Assembly (NCBI GenBank): GCA_903825765.1
Contig: CAIKBU010000091.1
Span: 1,791 to 65,790, forward strand
DNA from: an uncultured Actinomycetes bacterium
Lineage (GTDB): Bacteria > Actinomycetota > Acidimicrobiia > Acidimicrobiales > RAAP-2
Reading direction: 5' to 3'
Length of the DNA: 64,000 bases
Below, in pieces: positions 37,808-47,344 of this stretch. Within the stretch, counting starts at the first letter, position 1. Each line of letters opens with the position of its first letter. A program made the translations under genes and the position numbers. The notes under the pieces were generated by a model. It was not told the DNA's origin. It saw only the letters and a list, made by a program, of their open reading frames with translations, and did not search any database.

Positions 37808-38818
37808 GTGGCAAACGGCATACTTGCACTCTTAGGCTCGGGCGAAACTGGACCCGGAATGACGAAGGTGCACCGCGGACTCTTTCAGCGTCTTGACGAT
37901 GTTCGCGCAGTCAACCTCAATACCCCTTACGGTTTCCAGGAAAACGTTGCCCAGATGTCCGAGAAGCTCGTTAGTTACTTCGACACCTCGCTGCAGGTCG
38001 GTGTGAGTGATCTCAAGTTGGCTTCCTACGCCACCGCCACCGACGACGAGCGACGAGATTTCAAGCGGGCCGTCGCCGCCGCATCGTTTGTCTTCGCCGG
38101 TCCGGGCTCGCCGTCGTACGCGCTCAACCAGTGGAGCCCCCTCGAGCTTCGCGTCGATCTCACGACGACGCTGGCCAACGGTGGTGTGGTGTGTTTCAGT
38201 TCGGCCGCCGCTCTTACGTTGGGTGCCTTTACACCCCCCGTCTACGAAATCTATAAGGCCGGCACCGGCTTGGCCTGGCTACCTGGCATCGATCTCATGG
38301 CCACGATCGGACTTTCCTGTGTCGTGCTCCCGCACTACAACAACGCTGAAGGTGGCACCTACGACACCAGCCGTTGCTACATCGGTGAACGACGCCTACG
38401 GCTACTCGAGGCCACGTTGCCCCTCGGCGTCTCCATTCTCGGTATTGACGAACACACGGCGGCAATCATTGACCTAGAAGCCCAGACTCTCACGGTCCAG
38501 GGCAAAGGCGATGTCCATTGGCGGAGCAACGGTTCGGTAAGCGACTTCGCCACCGGCACCACCATTGCGTTGAGTGAACTCGGCGCCAACGCGCAGGCGC
38601 TTACCGCGCTCGCCCCGGTCCAGGTCACCGCACCGGTACAGCACAGTGCCGACGAGGAACACGCCCGCCAACAGCGCGATCAAGCATTGGTGGCCTCACT
38701 CGACAGCGTGCGGGCAAAGGCCCGCGCCGAGGGCCAGTACGACATCGCCGACGCCATTCGTGACGCGCTCGCCACCTTCGGCGTCACCGTGCGTGACGGC
38801 GCTGTTTCGAAGAACTAG
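37808..38818 (+). CDS. Conserved hypothetical protein. The N-terminal region weakly resembles the peptidase S51/class-I amidotransferase-like fold; the C-terminal tail resembles the CysRS C-terminus.
   Basis: LALLGSGETGPG at the N-terminus. The C-terminal ARAEGQYDIADAIRDALATFGVTVRDG aligns with the in-window CysS tail ARGSKNWAEADRLRDVLVAEGWIVED. Confidence 0.45.
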   Translation: MANGILALLGSGETGPGMTKVHRGLFQRLDDVRAVNLNTPYGFQENVAQMSEKLVSYFDTSLQVGVSDLKLASYATATDDERRDFKRAVAAASFVFAGPGSPSYALNQWSPLELRVDLTTTLANGGVVCFSSAAALTLGAFTPPVYEIYKAGTGLAWLPGIDLMATIGLSCVVLPHYNNAEGGTYDTSRCYIGERRLRLLEATLPLGVSILGIDEHTAAIIDLEAQTLTVQGKGDVHWRSNGSVSDFATGTTIALSELGANAQALTALAPVQVTAPVQHSADEEHARQQRDQALVASLDSVRAKARAEGQYDIADAIRDALATFGVTVRDGAVSKN

Positions 38819-39918
38819 GAAGCCACCGCACAGCGGTTCGGCCCCAGCTCCATTTCAGCTGCGTCGCTCGAGAGGTCCTCGTCACCCGCATTGATCCGCA
38901 CGATGCGCTGGTAGTTCGGCGGGCGGTCCTTTACATTCTTGAGCGCCCAGTCGATGAATGCCGTCTCGTCCAGGAACAGTGCGGGGAGTGTTGTCCGGAG
39001 TTCACCCAAGGTACGCGTGACCAACTCACCGGCACGTACTTGTACGACGGTGCCGTAATGCGCGGGGAAGACGAGTGCCTCCGACGACAGCGGCAAAATA
39101 CGCTCATGCAGACTTCGGTAGAGATTGTGCGCGAACGACTCGGCGTGATCAGCCAAGTCGGGTCGACCGACGCTCTCGAGGAAAAGGGTGTCGCCAGTGA
39201 AGATGGCTTCGTTGCCGAGTTGGTACATCGTCGATCCCTCGGTGTGACCAGGCACGCTCACCGCAGAGACGGTCAGACCGACGTTGTCGGTGAGGTCAAG
39301 GCGTTGACCATCTCGTAGTGGCGTGAAGGCAAAGCCGAACGGATCGGCGTCACTCAAGAGCAGCTCGCCACCCGCACGCTCGACGAGGGCCCGAGCTCCC
39401 GAGAGGTGGTCGGCGTGAAGATGGGTATCGAGGACGTAGGTAATCTGCCATCCGTGGTCGGCGGCGAGAGAGGCGTAGAGTTCAACGTTCAACGAAGGGT
39501 CGATAACGATCGCACGGTCACCGGCGCCAATCACGTAGGACAAGCACCCCTTACCCCGACGGCGAATCTGCAGCACCGTCGCGCCAGCGATGAGCCGCTC
39601 GACAACCTCGTAGGTCGAGGCCCACGCGCCCATGCCTCCGTCCAGCACCTCCGAGTCAATGCCCGCGGCCGCGAGAATTTCCGCGCCCGCTTGCGCCCGC
39701 ATGCCCTTGGCACAGATCACGACAATGCGCTGGTCCGTTGGCACCTTGCTCAGGTGTTCGCTCAGACCACCCAGTGGAATATTGACAACTCCTTCAATGG
39801 ACCAGTCCGCAACTTCGTCGGGCTCGCGCACGTCGAGCAAAAAGGGGCGCTCGGGTGAGTCAAGAAGGGGCACCAACTCGTTGGTCGAAAGATGGGAAAT
39901 CGTCCCTGTTGTGGTCAT
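38815..39918 (-). CDS. Rhodanese-domain / metallo-beta-lactamase-fold fusion protein (persulfide dioxygenase-like)
   Basis: N-terminal rhodanese with active-site loop CAKGMRA, then the MBL motif THLHADHLSG. Confidence 0.75.
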   Translation of the reverse strand: MTTTGTISHLSTNELVPLLDSPERPFLLDVREPDEVADWSIEGVVNIPLGGLSEHLSKVPTDQRIVVICAKGMRAQAGAEILAAAGIDSEVLDGGMGAWASTYEVVERLIAGATVLQIRRRGKGCLSYVIGAGDRAIVIDPSLNVELYASLAADHGWQITYVLDTHLHADHLSGARALVERAGGELLLSDADPFGFAFTPLRDGQRLDLTDNVGLTVSAVSVPGHTEGSTMYQLGNEAIFTGDTLFLESVGRPDLADHAESFAHNLYRSLHERILPLSSEALVFPAHYGTVVQVRAGELVTRTLGELRTTLPALFLDETAFIDWALKNVKDRPPNYQRIVRINAGDEDLSSDAAEMELGPNRCAVAS

Positions 39919-39981
39919 GAAAGTAGTCTAGGGCGATGGTTTGCGACACCCGCTGACCCTCTACACCGAAACGAGTTTCGC

Positions 39982-40302
39982 ATGGTTACTGCCCTCGACG
40001 CCCACCAACTCATCGCGAACGGGGCACTCCTTCTCGACGTCCGTGAGGACGACGAATTCGCGGCTGGCCGCAGCGCTGACGCACGTCAGATTGCGCTTGC
40101 CTCGTTACCCGACCACCTGTCGTCACTCGACGTGAATCGCCCAATCGTCTGCGTCTGCCGCTCGGGTGGCCGCTCGGCTCGTGCGACGGAGTTCCTCATC
40201 GAACACGGTTTTTCTGCCGTCAATCTTGAGGGTGGCATGACGGCGTGGCATGACGCCGGCCTCGAAATGATTGCTGACAACGGTGACCCAATCGTTGCCT
40301 AA
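39982..40302 (+). CDS. Single-domain rhodanese (sulfurtransferase)
   Basis: Active-site loop CVCRSGGRS. ATG 39982 is preferred over the listed 39892. Confidence 0.8.
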   Translation: MVTALDAHQLIANGALLLDVREDDEFAAGRSADARQIALASLPDHLSSLDVNRPIVCVCRSGGRSARATEFLIEHGFSAVNLEGGMTAWHDAGLEMIADNGDPIVA

Positions 40303-41722
40303 GGTCGGACGAACCGGTCCAGTAACGGCTATTGCGGCCGCCATTCGAACGAGGCGTTTGCTCGCCCGTGACGTCGTCACGCTCTCGCTCAGCGCCCTCG
40401 AGGCCAGTCGTGCGACACTGAACCCGTGGAGCGAACTCGATGCCACCCAGGCGCTCGCCGCGGCGGACGCCATTGACGAGCGCCGGGTACCGCTCGGCCC
40501 ATTGTCTGGTGCACCGCTGCTTATCAAAGACAGTGAGCACTGGGCGGGCCACGCCACCCGTCACGGATCACTCGTCACTTCCTCAAAAGCGGCCACTGAG
40601 ACCTCCCTCTCACCATCGCGTCTCATTGACGCGGGCGCCATCGCCGTTGGCAAATCGACGTTGCCCGAATTTGCGATCGAGGGCTTTACCGCGAATCGAC
40701 TGACCGGCGTTACTCGTAACCCGTGGGGCGTGGCGTACTCCCCCGGTGGTTCGAGTGGTGGCGCTGGTGCTGCGCTGGCCGCCGGTGCCGTGGCCATTGC
40801 CACCGCCACTGATGGAGGTGGTTCGGTGCGAATTCCTGCCGCTCTCTGCGGTCTGCTCGGGCTGAAACCAACCAATGGCAGCGTCGGGCGCTGGCCCGCG
40901 CACGACTGGATTGACTACTCCACCGACGGTGTCCTGGCGACGTCGAGCGACGACCTTCGCCTGCTCTACGAGATTCAACGTGGCCCCGTGGCCGGCGATC
41001 CAACGGCGCCGACAATCGCGATGCTCGACGCCGTGCGTCCACCCGATGCCCCAACTCGACTTTGCGCTGCGTACCGAACTTCCGACCTGGGTCCGCTCGC
41101 GACCTCCGTGGCGAGCGCCTTCGAAGACGCCGTTGCGGCCTTCGCCGATTTACTCAATCTTCCCGTTACCTGGGTAGAACCGGGCAGCCTCTTTGGCGAG
41201 GATGACCCAGACCTGGATTGGTTTACGGTGGCGACCGCTGAGCACGTGGCGTCGCTTGGACGCGACTTTGTCGACGAGCACTTTGACGACTTCGCCATTG
41301 CCACGCAGGCGTTCTTCGAGGTTGGTCGACGGGTCACCCTTGATGAGTACCTGGCAGCTCGCCGACGCCGATTCACCTACGTCCGCCAGTTCGACGAATT
41401 CCTCGGCGCCGACACCGTGTTACTCACTCCGACGGTGGCCAGCCCCGGGTGGCTGGCCGATGGTCGGCTCGATGAGTCAACCCCCCTCGGCGGATTACCG
41501 CCCGAGGTCTACTCGACGGCCCTCCAAAACGTCACGGGGAATCCAGCCCTGTCGGTACCCTTCGGCCACCTTGCCAATGGGCTGCCCTTCGGTCTCCAAA
41601 TAACGGCGCCGCGTTACTTCGACGCCCAACTCCTCACCCTGGCCGATCGGTGGCAGATCGCCTACCCGTGGCAACGGAGTGCGCCCGGCTTTACGTCCCT
41701 CGACGTGGCACTGGGCCTCTAG
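40271..41722 (+). CDS. Amidase-signature family amidase
   Basis: AS motif GGSSGGAGAALAAG and Ser-cisSer-Lys context. The start is uncertain (TTG 40271, GTG 40283 or TTG 40295). Confidence 0.85.
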   Translation: MLTTVTQSLPKVGRTGPVTAIAAAIRTRRLLARDVVTLSLSALEASRATLNPWSELDATQALAAADAIDERRVPLGPLSGAPLLIKDSEHWAGHATRHGSLVTSSKAATETSLSPSRLIDAGAIAVGKSTLPEFAIEGFTANRLTGVTRNPWGVAYSPGGSSGGAGAALAAGAVAIATATDGGGSVRIPAALCGLLGLKPTNGSVGRWPAHDWIDYSTDGVLATSSDDLRLLYEIQRGPVAGDPTAPTIAMLDAVRPPDAPTRLCAAYRTSDLGPLATSVASAFEDAVAAFADLLNLPVTWVEPGSLFGEDDPDLDWFTVATAEHVASLGRDFVDEHFDDFAIATQAFFEVGRRVTLDEYLAARRRRFTYVRQFDEFLGADTVLLTPTVASPGWLADGRLDESTPLGGLPPEVYSTALQNVTGNPALSVPFGHLANGLPFGLQITAPRYFDAQLLTLADRWQIAYPWQRSAPGFTSLDVALGL

Positions 41723-42174
41723 TTCGGCACGAAGCTGAACGTTGCGGCGAAGTTCTGGCCGCTCCCAATCTGCGTTTCGGTCACGAAGACCGTCGTGATA
41801 TTGATTGGTGGCTGGGTGCCACGGACGACCTGACAGGTGTACGACACGATCCCCTGCACGGTGGACGTCGCCACGCAGTGCGCGCTGTACTCACTCGCTT
41901 TCGCGCCGATCTGAAAGTTCGTAGTGAAGTACCGCATGGCACCCGACGCCACCGCCGACAGCGGTGGGGTCGCAACACTGCCGCGACCGGACGTCAGCAC
42001 CACCAGTCCCCCCGCAATAAGGAGCGCGGTGACGAACATGAAGAGACTGAAGAACAAGAAGGGTGAGCGGCGGCGAAGCGACGTCACTGAAGCACGAACG
42101 GAGGTTGAGGAGTCGGTTACAGATTCCAGTGTGCCACACAGTGTTTTGGGCCATGTCACACCGAGTGGACACAA
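41719..42174 (-). CDS. Hypothetical membrane-anchored protein
   Basis: One TM segment (FLFFSLFMFVTALLIAGGLVVL) followed by an extracytoplasmic domain of about 90 aa with two Cys. Start uncertain. Confidence 0.35.
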   Translation of the reverse strand: MCPLGVTWPKTLCGTLESVTDSSTSVRASVTSLRRRSPFLFFSLFMFVTALLIAGGLVVLTSGRGSVATPPLSAVASGAMRYFTTNFQIGAKASEYSAHCVATSTVQGIVSYTCQVVRGTQPPINITTVFVTETQIGSGQNFAATFSFVPN

Positions 42175-42382
42175 TAGAGTTCGTCGTCTCGCGATGGCAC
42201 CGTCGCTCGGTGGCTACCACGAGAAGTCGTTTTAGTGTTCTCGTTTAACGACAAGGAGGTTCTTTCGCTTCCCTCGAGTAACCGTCACCGCCGTTGACTG
42301 TTCGTAGTCATGGGGCGGAGTGGGACTCGACGTCCGTGAGGCGAAAATTCCGAGCAGTGCCCAACAAGAAGGGATCACAACT

Positions 42383-43045
42383 ATGACCACCCCCATTACC
42401 CACATCTATTTTCTCCTCGACCGTTCTGGTTCGATGGAGTCCATGCGCGACGACGTCATCGGCGGCTTCAACGCGTTTCTCCGAGAGCAGGTCGCCGATG
42501 GCCGTGACGCCGTGATGACGCTGGTGCAGTTCGACTCCGGTAACAGCCACGAAGTGCTTGTCGACGCTGCACCACTCGAAACGGTTTCCCCACTCACCAG
42601 GGGAACCTTCGAACCACGCGGCGGCACACCCCTGTTCGACGCCATGGGAACACTCATTATCGAAGCCTCCCGCCGCGCTGAAGTCGAGGATGGTCGCGAG
42701 ACTGTCATTTTCGTCACGTTCACCGACGGAGAGGAGAACGCCAGTAGCGAATTTTCGAAGGACAAGGTCTTCCTTCTCGTCGACGAGCGCACGAAGAAGG
42801 GGTGGACGTTCGTCTACCTCGGCGCGAACCAGGACTCCTATCGTGAGGGCGGTCGCGTTGGTTTCAGCGCCGACTCGATCCAAAACTTCGAGGCGTCAGC
42901 GGACGGAACCGCGATGGCCTTCATGTCGCTCAGTAAGGGCATGATGAAGGAACGTGGCAAGGTGCGCGCCATGATGGAGCGCGACGTGGCCAATTTCTTC
43001 GAAGGTGACAAGGAGGCCGAAACTGACCTCCGCGGCAAGCCCTAG
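42383..43045 (+). CDS. von Willebrand factor A (vWA) domain protein, cytoplasmic
   Basis: MIDAS motif LLDRSGSM plus TDGEEN. ATG 42383 is preceded by AAGAAGGGA. Confidence 0.7.
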   Translation: MTTPITHIYFLLDRSGSMESMRDDVIGGFNAFLREQVADGRDAVMTLVQFDSGNSHEVLVDAAPLETVSPLTRGTFEPRGGTPLFDAMGTLIIEASRRAEVEDGRETVIFVTFTDGEENASSEFSKDKVFLLVDERTKKGWTFVYLGANQDSYREGGRVGFSADSIQNFEASADGTAMAFMSLSKGMMKERGKVRAMMERDVANFFEGDKEAETDLRGKP

Positions 43046-43419
43046 TCCTCGCCTACCGACGTCGACCCACCCAGGACGACCTGGAGCCAGGGGCCAAGTG
43101 GCGTCAACGCGGCGAGACCACCGCGGACTTTGATTCGACCATCGCGCAAGGCAGTGGCGCTCTCGAGAGTGCCACTGCTGAGCGCGAGGGCATCCTCATA
43201 CGAGAGGAGCACGACGACTGACGCCTCATCTCGATGTGTCGCGTCAAGTGTCACGCCAGTCGGGGACACCGTCAACGTCAACGCTGATGCCATCGACGTT
43301 GGTACGTCGGTCATCGAAATCATTATCGTGCGTTCGACCGTCTCCGCGCCCGGTGGCGGACTTAGGGCCAGTTGCTCCCCCGCCTGACTGAACCACTCAG
43401 GTGAGAGGAATGACGCCAT
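43042..43419 (-). CDS. SCP2 (sterol carrier protein 2)-like domain protein
   Basis: N-terminal SPEWF and C-terminal ALRDGRIKVRGG...L pattern, typical of actinobacterial SCP2-like proteins. Starts immediately after the sdhB stop. Confidence 0.6.
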   Translation of the reverse strand: MASFLSPEWFSQAGEQLALSPPPGAETVERTIMISMTDVPTSMASALTLTVSPTGVTLDATHRDEASVVVLLSYEDALALSSGTLESATALRDGRIKVRGGLAALTPLGPWLQVVLGGSTSVGED

Positions 43420-44199
43420 TTAGGGTGCGGGTTGGACAGCGGCAGCCGCGGTCGACACTTTCGTCTTCCGACGAATCTTGCGACCCAGCCACGCCACGGG
43501 ATCGTAGTGAGCGTCCACCACTCGCTCCTTCAGCGGAATAATGGCGTTGTCCGTGATGTGGATACCCTCGGGACAGACTTCCGTGCAGCACTTGGTGATG
43601 TTGCAGTAGCCCAGTCCAGCGTCTTCACGAATGAAATCGCGACGGTCGTTGGTGTCGAGGGGGTGCATTTCCAGTTCGGCGTAGCGGATAAAGAAGCGTG
43701 GACCGGCGTAGTTCAGCTTGTTGTCCTCGTGGTCGCGAATGACGTGACAGACGTCCTGACACATGAAGCACTCAATGCACTTACGGAATTCCTGACCGCG
43801 CTCGACGTCCTCTTGGAACATGCGGTAGCCACCCTCGGGCATCGGTGGTGGTAACAGAGCGGGGACCTTTTCCGCCATCCGGTAGTTGAACGAGACGTCC
43901 GTCACCAGGTCGCGAATAATCGGGAACGTCTTCATTGGCGTCACGGTGACGGGGCCCTCGGGGAGTTGGTCCATACGCGTCATGCACATCAGACGAGGCT
44001 TCCCGTTGATTTCCGCGGCGCAGGATCCACACTTGCCCGCCTTACAGTTCCAGCGGCACGCTAAGTCGGGGGCTTCGGTCGCCTGGATACGGTGAATCAG
44101 GTCGAGGACCACTTCACCTTCGTTTTGCGTCGTGGTGTAGTTCTCGAAGTCCCCACCACTCGCATCACCTCGCCACACGCGCAGTGTTACGTCAGTCAT
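43420..44199 (-). CDS. sdhB: Succinate dehydrogenase/fumarate reductase iron-sulfur subunit
   Basis: 2Fe-2S CKAGKCGSC; 4Fe-4S/3Fe-4S CIECFMCQDVC and CTEVCP. Confidence 0.9.
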   Translation of the reverse strand: MTDVTLRVWRGDASGGDFENYTTTQNEGEVVLDLIHRIQATEAPDLACRWNCKAGKCGSCAAEINGKPRLMCMTRMDQLPEGPVTVTPMKTFPIIRDLVTDVSFNYRMAEKVPALLPPPMPEGGYRMFQEDVERGQEFRKCIECFMCQDVCHVIRDHEDNKLNYAGPRFFIRYAELEMHPLDTNDRRDFIREDAGLGYCNITKCCTEVCPEGIHITDNAIIPLKERVVDAHYDPVAWLGRKIRRKTKVSTAAAAVQPAP

Positions 44200-46013
44200 T
44201 ACTTTGCCTCCTCGAGCAGCGCCTTAAGTTCGGCAGGAATTGGAAGAAGGGGTGACTCGGCCGTGGTGATGGGGCTGTCCCAGTTGCCACCGTCACTCGA
44301 GTGCGCCAGGTTGAAGGTACCAAAGTGGTCATCGGCCTTCGGGAAGTCCTCACGAGTGTGTCCACCGCGAGATTCTTTGCGCAAGTTCGCACCGAGGGCC
44401 ACGCACTTCGACACCGTCAGCATTGCGGGCAGGTCTGTCGCCAGGTTCCAGCCCGGGTTGTACGCCCGTCCACCCTTGACCTTGATGTTCTTCACTCGCT
44501 CAGTGAAGACGTCGAGCTGGGCGATGGCGTCAACCAGTTCGCTCTCGGTGCGGATAATGCCGACGTTAGCCTGCATCATTTCCTGGAGGTCGCGCTGGAT
44601 GTCGTACGGGTTCTCACCGTCTTCCTTTTCGAACGGGGCCAGGGCCCCGGCAATGGCCTCTTCTACTTCGGCCATGTTCATCGTGTGGGCAACTGCGCCA
44701 GCCTCGATGTACTCCACCGCACCCATACCGGCACGGCGGCCGAAGACGATCAGGTCGGAAAGGGAGTTTCCACCCAAGCGGTTGGCGCCGTGCATACCAC
44801 CGGCGACTTCACCGGCGGCGAAGAGACCCGGTACTGACGTGGCGGCCGTTTCGGCATCGACCTTGACGCCACCCATGATGTAGTGGTTGGTCGGTCCGAT
44901 TTCCATCGATTCCTTCGTGATGTCCACACCGGCAAGTTCCATGAACTGGTGGTACATCGAAGGCAGACGGCGACGAATGAATTCCGCCGAGCGGCGCGAA
45001 CCGATGTCCAGATAGACACCACCGTGGGGGCTACCGCGACCGGCCTTGACTTCAGCGTTGATGGCGCGTGCGACTTCGTCACGAGGCAGCAACTCTGGCG
45101 GGCGGCGACCGGCGGTGTGGTCGTCGTACCACTTGTCGGCTTCTTCTTCCGACTCGGCCGTCTCGGCGCGGAACATCGGGGCGACGTAGTTGAACATGAA
45201 TCGTTCGCCGAGGCTGTTGCGCAACACACCACCGTCACCACGAACACCTTCGGTGACCAGGAGGCCGCGAACGGAGAGCGGCCACACCATACCCGTCGGG
45301 TGGAACTGAATGCACTCCATGTCGATCAGCTCAGCGCCGGCCCAGAGAGCCATCGCGTGACCGTCACCGGTACCTTCCCACGAGTTCGACGTGAACTTCC
45401 ACGACTTACCCGAACCTCCGGTCGCCAGAATGATGGCCTTCGCGCCAAACGTGAGGAACTCTCCCGTGGGACGGTCGTAGGCGACACAGCCCGCGATGCG
45501 GCCCTCGGTGTCGTGCACGAGCTTCAAGACCTTGCACTCCATGAAGACATCGGTCCCCATAGAGACCACCTTCTGCTGAAGGGTACGAATCAGTTCCAGA
45601 CCCGTACGGTCACCAACGTGCGCCAAACGGGCGTACTTGTGACCGCCGAAGTCACGCTGCAGGATCTTTCCATCCTTCGTGCGGTCGAACAAAGCGCCCC
45701 ACTGCTCAAGCTCGAGGACTCGCTGCGGCGCTTCCTTGGCGTGGAGTTCGGCCATGCGGTAGTTGTTGAGGTACTTACCACCACGCATGGTGTCGCGGAA
45801 GTGGACCATCCAGTTGTCCTCGGCGTAGACGTTGCCCAGGGCAGCGGCCATACCGCCTTCGGCCATCACGGTGTGTGCCTTACCGAGCAGTGACTTGGTG
45901 ATCAGGGCAACTCGCAGGCCCTTCTGCTTGGCCTCGATGGCGGCACGAAGCCCGGCGCCACCGGCGCCGATAATGAGTACGTCGTAATCGTGGTGCGCAT
46001 TCGTCACGGTCAT
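44199..46013 (-). CDS. sdhA: Succinate dehydrogenase/fumarate reductase flavoprotein subunit
   Basis: FAD-binding VLIIGAGGAGLRAA; covalent-FAD His region KAHTVMAEGG; 604 aa. Confidence 0.95.
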   Translation of the reverse strand: MTVTNAHHDYDVLIIGAGGAGLRAAIEAKQKGLRVALITKSLLGKAHTVMAEGGMAAALGNVYAEDNWMVHFRDTMRGGKYLNNYRMAELHAKEAPQRVLELEQWGALFDRTKDGKILQRDFGGHKYARLAHVGDRTGLELIRTLQQKVVSMGTDVFMECKVLKLVHDTEGRIAGCVAYDRPTGEFLTFGAKAIILATGGSGKSWKFTSNSWEGTGDGHAMALWAGAELIDMECIQFHPTGMVWPLSVRGLLVTEGVRGDGGVLRNSLGERFMFNYVAPMFRAETAESEEEADKWYDDHTAGRRPPELLPRDEVARAINAEVKAGRGSPHGGVYLDIGSRRSAEFIRRRLPSMYHQFMELAGVDITKESMEIGPTNHYIMGGVKVDAETAATSVPGLFAAGEVAGGMHGANRLGGNSLSDLIVFGRRAGMGAVEYIEAGAVAHTMNMAEVEEAIAGALAPFEKEDGENPYDIQRDLQEMMQANVGIIRTESELVDAIAQLDVFTERVKNIKVKGGRAYNPGWNLATDLPAMLTVSKCVALGANLRKESRGGHTREDFPKADDHFGTFNLAHSSDGGNWDSPITTAESPLLPIPAELKALLEEAK

Positions 46014-46016
46014 TCC

Positions 46017-46829
46017 TTAGAAGATGTGGTAGTTAGTGATGGCGCCGGAGGCGACGAGACGTACGTAGACGTCCGTCAACGCGACAAAGACAAGTGAGGC
46101 CCACGCGAAGTTCATGTGCTTCGCGTTCAATGGCGTCACGAACTTCCAGAGGCGGAAACGGATGGGGGCCTTCGAGAAGCTCTTCAGGTTGCCACCACAG
46201 AGGTGACGACAGGCGTGGCACGACAATGAATAGAGCCACAACAAGGTCGCGTTCACGCAGAGGACCACGGTACCGACCGTCACACCGAAGCCCGAACCAG
46301 GAAGATCAAAGGCACGGATAGCGTCGTAGGTAAGCAGCGCGTTGAAGACGAGACCAGCGTAAAAGAAGTAGCGGTGCGCGTTCTGCATCAGAAGTGGGAA
46401 TCGCGTCTCACCCGAGTAGCTCTCGTGCTTGTCCGACACGGCGCATGCGGGGGGTGACCACCAGAACGCGCGGTAGTAACTCCGGCGGTAGTAGTAGCAC
46501 GTCATCCGAAATCCCAGGGGGAAGATCAAGATCAAGAATGCTGGCGATAAGGCCCAGTGGCTCACCGTGAACGCACCGAACTTCGCGCCAGCCACGCAAC
46601 TGCTGGACAAGCAGGGAGAGTATAACGGGCTAATGAGACTGCCGGGTTCGTAGAAGTAGTTGTGCGGGTTGAAGGCCGACCAAGTCGCGTAGATAATGAA
46701 GGCCGTCAACACCGAAACGGTAATGACGGGCTGGAGCCACCACCGGTCCGTGCGCAAGGTGGCGACGTCGGGTCCACCGCGCGTCCCTCCCAGTACAACT
46801 TTGGCTGCATGTTCGGTTGTTGACACCAC
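46017..46829 (-). CDS. sdhC: Succinate dehydrogenase membrane anchor, single large cytochrome b subunit (mycobacterial Sdh1-type arrangement C-A-B)
   Basis: 270 aa with about 5 TM spans and conserved His residues. Lies directly upstream of sdhA (3-nt gap). GTG start after GGAGACA. Confidence 0.7.
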   Translation of the reverse strand: MVSTTEHAAKVVLGGTRGGPDVATLRTDRWWLQPVITVSVLTAFIIYATWSAFNPHNYFYEPGSLISPLYSPCLSSSCVAGAKFGAFTVSHWALSPAFLILIFPLGFRMTCYYYRRSYYRAFWWSPPACAVSDKHESYSGETRFPLLMQNAHRYFFYAGLVFNALLTYDAIRAFDLPGSGFGVTVGTVVLCVNATLLWLYSLSCHACRHLCGGNLKSFSKAPIRFRLWKFVTPLNAKHMNFAWASLVFVALTDVYVRLVASGAITNYHIF

Positions 46830-46951
46830 TGTCTCCTTCGTGCACCGCCGTCTCAGTCACGGCGATTTCGACGCTGTTCGATTCTATGGAACCCCTCCAA
46901 GGCCCGCCACGGCGGAGGCATGAAAATACTTTTACAACAACTTCCTCGTCG

Positions 46952-47344
46952 TTAGTGCGTGCCGCCTCGGCGACCCTCTCCAATACCACCGAGGAAGGCC
47001 CATCCGGCGAGAGCCAAGCCCGGTACCAGTAACCAGACACCAAACACCAACGCTAAGACGGTGAAGAAGGCACCCATTCCTAAGACGAAGGGAAAGATTG
47101 AGGAACCGGGGAAGGTGTCGATGACACCGGCGCCCTCGGCCTGCGTCGCGTTGGGATTGTCCTCCGGACGCTCCTTCATTCGACGGCTCCACCAGTAGTA
47201 GTAGCTACCGGGCAAGAAGCACAGCAACATACCCGCGAACATCATCACGCCACCGGCGTTTTCGAGGCTCCAGTTCCAATAGACCGCGCACATTGCTCCG
47301 AAAAACAAGCCGAGGAATAGCAGCATCTTGGCTTCTACCTTCAT
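46952..47344 (-). CDS. ctaF: Cytochrome c oxidase subunit IV (actinobacterial CtaF)
   Basis: 130 aa with 4 TM spans. ATGA overlap with the ctaD stop. The N-terminus MKVEAKMLLFLGLFF is typical of CtaF. Confidence 0.75.
   Translation of the reverse strand: MKVEAKMLLFLGLFFGAMCAVYWNWSLENAGGVMMFAGMLLCFLPGSYYYWWSRRMKERPEDNPNATQAEGAGVIDTFPGSSIFPFVLGMGAFFTVLALVFGVWLLVPGLALAGWAFLGGIGEGRRGGTH

Noticed and set aside
44883-45893. 336-aa plus-strand ORF
   Set aside because: It lies entirely antisense to sdhA, which is unambiguous. It has no motifs and is a high-GC shadow frame.
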